From the human T2T-CHM13v2.0 reference genome, Homo sapiens: a DNA stretch of 64,000 bases. Location of the stretch: NCBI RefSeq assembly GCF_009914755.1, contig NC_060930.1, one strand, 5' to 3'. The notes under the pieces are model-generated. The model was not told where the DNA came from, made no database searches, and saw only the letters and a list, made by a program, of their open reading frames with translations. A program made the translations under genes and the position numbers. Shown one piece after another: positions 58,516 through 64,000 of this stretch (position 1 is its first letter; each line of letters starts with the position of its first letter).

Positions 58516-59022
58516 TCCTTACCTTACTTTATTCTAGCTTAGCCTAACTCTGAGGTTCAAGATTTTAGTCAGTAATTTGTGTTGAAGATATCATTAGACA
58601 TCTGATGAAACAACAAAGAAAAAGAAGATGGGCAGCAACCAAAATTAATTACCTCCTCTGGTGTTACCACCATGACTACATCTGAAAATAGTTTGGGTAT
58701 AAGTGAAAGTAGCAGTCATGACATAAAATTGTTTTAAATGCCAGGTAGTTTTCTACCGCTACTCTTCTTTGAGGTTGTCAAGGTTGTGCTTGATAGCTTA
58801 GAAATCTCATGAATATCTCCTGGTGAAAAGCATTTACTTTGAGGAGTCAGAGTCACTTTGAAAAGTACTTCATTACTGTGATGAATACATTACACAGCAT
58901 TACCTTGGAAGTCTTGTAAGAGCAGTTGGAGTGAATTAACAATTTAATCACATATCTTCATGGGTAAGTTTAATACTCACAGTTAACTCCCTAAAATTGT
59001 ATGCAACATTTTTTGCTTACAC

Positions 59023-59775
<753 letters not shown>

Positions 59776-60153
59776 GTACTCATATATGTTTTCTAGAGAA
59801 GGAATCTATAGTTACCGTAAGATTCTTAAAGCTGTTGTGATTATTTCCCTAGGCCTTTTCATTTGGTCTTCCACCGCAGCCTGTGCAAACTCCCATCATA
59901 ATCCCAGTTGCACATCATTTATCTTGCTTTACCTTTCTATCTCAGTGCTCATTCTGAATATGAATGAGTTTAATATATTTTCACTTTCAGAACTTTTTGT
60001 CAGGCAATCATTACAACATCTTTTAGGTTCTGCCCACCTCTAAGCCTCCTCACCACCACTCCCGCCACAGTGGGTATACTTTTCTTAGTTTTTGCCTCTC
60101 TGTCCCACCTCTCAAAACTAAGAGATTTTTAGATAGTCATAATTTTCAGGTTC

Positions 60154-60495
<342 letters not shown>

Positions 60496-61619
60496 TCAGG
60501 TTCCTATTTTTTATCTTCTTTTGTAGAACAAGGCTCTATTAAACTCCCAATTGGTATTTATATGTCCCACCTTCCAGCCCAACCATATCATCTAATAATA
60601 TCCGTCTAAAATAACAATCAACTTTGGAGGTGTTTTTTTTTTAATCTATAAATTGATGTGGCTCTACTAATGCTAGTATGTAGCCGGAGTTGTGAATCAT
60701 ATAAATCCTTCAGAAGTTTATCATGCCTGTTAAGATTACTATTACTATTAATAAAATCACAGATTGTATCGTATTTAGCATTAGAAGAAGTAAGTACTTA
60801 TTATTGAGACTTGGCTTTTGTTTTTCTGAGATTGTTACTTTTCAGTGGATCTGTTTATACCTTGTTGAAGAGAGGCAGAACATATTGTCCTAAGGTACAA
60901 ATCTTTGTTAGTTTTATATAGTTTTAATGGAGGAGGAGCATCATATTTGTGTGTGTTTGAGTGTTTTAAGCTTTTCTGGTTAAATAAAGTGCCTGACACT
61001 TTCCCTCTACCTTGCTTTATGTGTGGAAAGTTGTTGATTGGTTACACAGGTATTGAGAACTGAAAAAGGAGAAAGACAGGCTGTAATACAGATTTAGAGA
61101 CTGCAAAAAAAGCATCTTTTACCCCAGGGCTGGAATAAAAGAGAAGAAAGCCTGTGTAATGATGAAACCAAGACCCTGGCTTGGTGTCTCTCAGCTACTT
61201 CAAGAACCTCAGGAGCTCAGAGGGGAGAACCCTAGCTGGCTGCTTCTGGTGTGCATGGAGGGAAGGGGCTGCACGATGAGACTGGTTCTAGAGGTGCTGG
61301 GAAAGAAGCATGGAGCCAGGAGACAGCTGCCTCTGGCAAGTGCATAGCTGAAAGGAGCGCACATGGGAAAGAGAACATCTCTTTCCCTCATCCAGCTCTT
61401 CAGGGTCGGCTGCTTTACACCCACACTATGCCTCAGTTCTGAGAACCTCACAGAAAACCGGCTGGCAAAGAAGTAGTAGTTGTAGAGCCCTACACTTAAG
61501 CATTGGAAAGCATATGGCAGGTCAGTTTGGAACTTAGTAACTGCCACATCATCTTGGAGAAAAACTCAAGAAATATGAAAGCATATTTTTCTACCAGCTG
61601 TATAGGATAAGTTGGAATA

Positions 61620-62050
61620 AGTTGATCAACCAGATGAATATTCAGCTGTGTACCTGACATCTCCACTTAGGTGTTTAAGATAAGTATTTCAGATGTAACC
61701 TTTCAAGAGAGAACTTCTGATTCCATATTCCTCAATTTTTATCTCATTACATGGAGCCACCGTCTACTTTATTGCTTAAATCAAGAACCTAAACAACATT
61801 GTTCAATTTCTCCTTTTCCCTTACCCTCTGTGTCCAACTGATCATCATGCCTTGTCAGGTTAACATAACTCTTTTCATCTCTGTTACAACCTCTACCCCA
61901 GTCCAGTTCATCCTCTCTGTTGCCTGGACAATGTTAAAGCTCATGACCTATCTCAGTAATCACGCTGGCGCCCCCAGCAGTCCATCCACAAAATAGCACA
62001 GTGAGGCTTTAAAGACAAATCCTTTTTTGTCACTTCCCTCTCATAAACCC
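61620..62050 (+). mobile_element. L2 fragment
   Basis: acctgacatctccacttaggtgt typical of L2. Confidence 0.55.
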
Positions 62051-62496
62051 CTTTGTTTAAGTCAATCAAATTATCTGTCATCTTCTGTCTGCCAAAGCTG
62101 TCGGAGCAGATCAAGGTGGTAATTGGCATCAAAATTCTTCATAAAATGTGGTCACTCTTCATTTTTTCTTTTCTCTGATATTTGTTATTCTTCAATTAAA
62201 TTAGTCATGTATTTTTTTGTTTGGAAAACCTTTTCTACCCATTATTTCAAATTTATAGAAAACTAATTCATTTTTTAAAATATGTTGAGCACATTCATTT
62301 TTGCAAGGCTTTGGGGGTTACAAGGAACATGGGTTTATTGGTTATTGGTTAGTTTATGGATACAATTCATGATAAATTTCTTTAAAAATCAAAAAATAGA
62401 AAAACTGAGATAGCACATGGCTATATATGATTGATCACCCCAAAAATAAGCAGCATGAATTTATAAAAGCAAGACCAGTATGCGTGAGAGTTCTTA

Positions 62497-62658
<162 letters not shown>

Positions 62659-63039
62659 TTATTGAGGAACACATAGGATGCTTCCAATAGGAGCCTAACT
62701 TGGAGAGGAAAGTACCAGGTCTACTCAGGGGGATTGTGGACAGATGATTTTGACTAATGCAAAACATTTGCAAGCAAGGTTGCTCATGTAAACTGTTCAA
62801 TGCCCTGAATGCTGGAGAATTTGGGCCTTTGTGATAGGCAGTGGTTCGAATTATTTTTTTAGTTGACATAGTTTTAATGATTTGGAAATACACATTTGTT
62901 TCAGCTCTCTGGTGATTACTTTGTTGTAGTTTTTTTTTAAAAGTATATAGATCTAAAAATACTAAATAAACATGATTTTCTTACTTTCTAACATGTGGTC
63001 TGATGAATTCAAAAGATACTTCCACTTAAAGGCATCATA

Positions 63040-63270
63040 AGACTGGAGAAGGTATAATGTAATGGTTAAACATGAGGACTTTGAATCAGGTATTCTGGGT
63101 TGGAAGCCAGGTTTGCAATGTGAACTTTTGTGGCTTTGGATAAGCTGCCTACCCTGCCTGAGCCTCAGGGATAATGCACTGCCAATACCACACATTTGTT
63201 AGGAAGCGTAAATGATTGGATAATGAAGATCTAGTGTCTAAGTCTAGAAAAGTTGAACAATGTATAAATT
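63040..63270 (+). mobile_element. MIR
   Basis: aatgtaatggttaaacatgaggactttgaatcag...ctgggttggaagcc. Confidence 0.65.
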
Positions 63271-63328
63271 ACATTAAACGTGACCTGTTTGTATCCTTTT
63301 AACATAGCTGTTAAACATAGTTGATGAT

Positions 63329-63637
<309 letters not shown>

Positions 63638-64000
63638 AGGCATAGTTGATGACATATCTATATCTTAATATGCATAAATTAAAATATATATATTTATACA
63701 TACCCATAATTGGTCATCCTTAATTGCAAGCCTCCAGAAGTTCAGAAAACTGTGTTTATAGTTGCTTCACCCCACTTAGTGTGAGTATTTTTCTGTTTGT
63801 TACGGACTGGATTATGGGCGTATCCCCCAGACTCTGCTGGGTGTTATAGAATCTGTGGTGTATTATCTTTCTATAAATCTGAAAAACTCTGAAATTCTCA
63901 AGGCACTTCCCCGATACCACAGGTTTTAGCTATTAGCAGGAGTGTGTTCTATTTTTGAGCTTTTACATTTCAAAAGTAAAGACATTCTTTGTTGTGCTTT

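Noticed and set aside
61150-61500. GC-richer purine-rich segment with several short overlapping ORFs
   Set aside because: No convincing splice sites or protein similarity; probably an old LTR-type remnant I cannot assign.

Overview
Primate (most likely human) genomic DNA, AT-rich and repeat-dense. It lies inside QKI (Quaking, a STAR/KH RNA-binding protein; 6q26 in human), transcribed on the + strand. The only real coding sequence is one 144-nt phase-0 exon at 42095-42238 ([48 protein letters not shown], the C-terminal half of the KH domain; exon 4 from my recall of the gene structure), which the ORF track misses. The rest is the 3' part of intron 3 and most of intron 4, filled with about 22 Alu/FLAM copies, old L1s, L2, MIR, MaLR/ERVL LTRs and Tigger/Charlie DNA transposons. 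I see no new gene or multi-gene system, and the listed ORFs look like repeat-derived or chance frames. The most unusual signals are structural fossils: (1) a 28-bp spacer between head-to-head Alus that has been inverted, swapping their target-site duplications; (2) a fold-back plus ~200-bp templated insertion inside an L1; (3) a perfect 37-bp palindrome; (4) a switch in Alu polarity across the QKI exon; (5) several small local duplications and a candidate poison exon. Repeat subfamily names and old-repeat boundaries are by-eye recognition and approximate.
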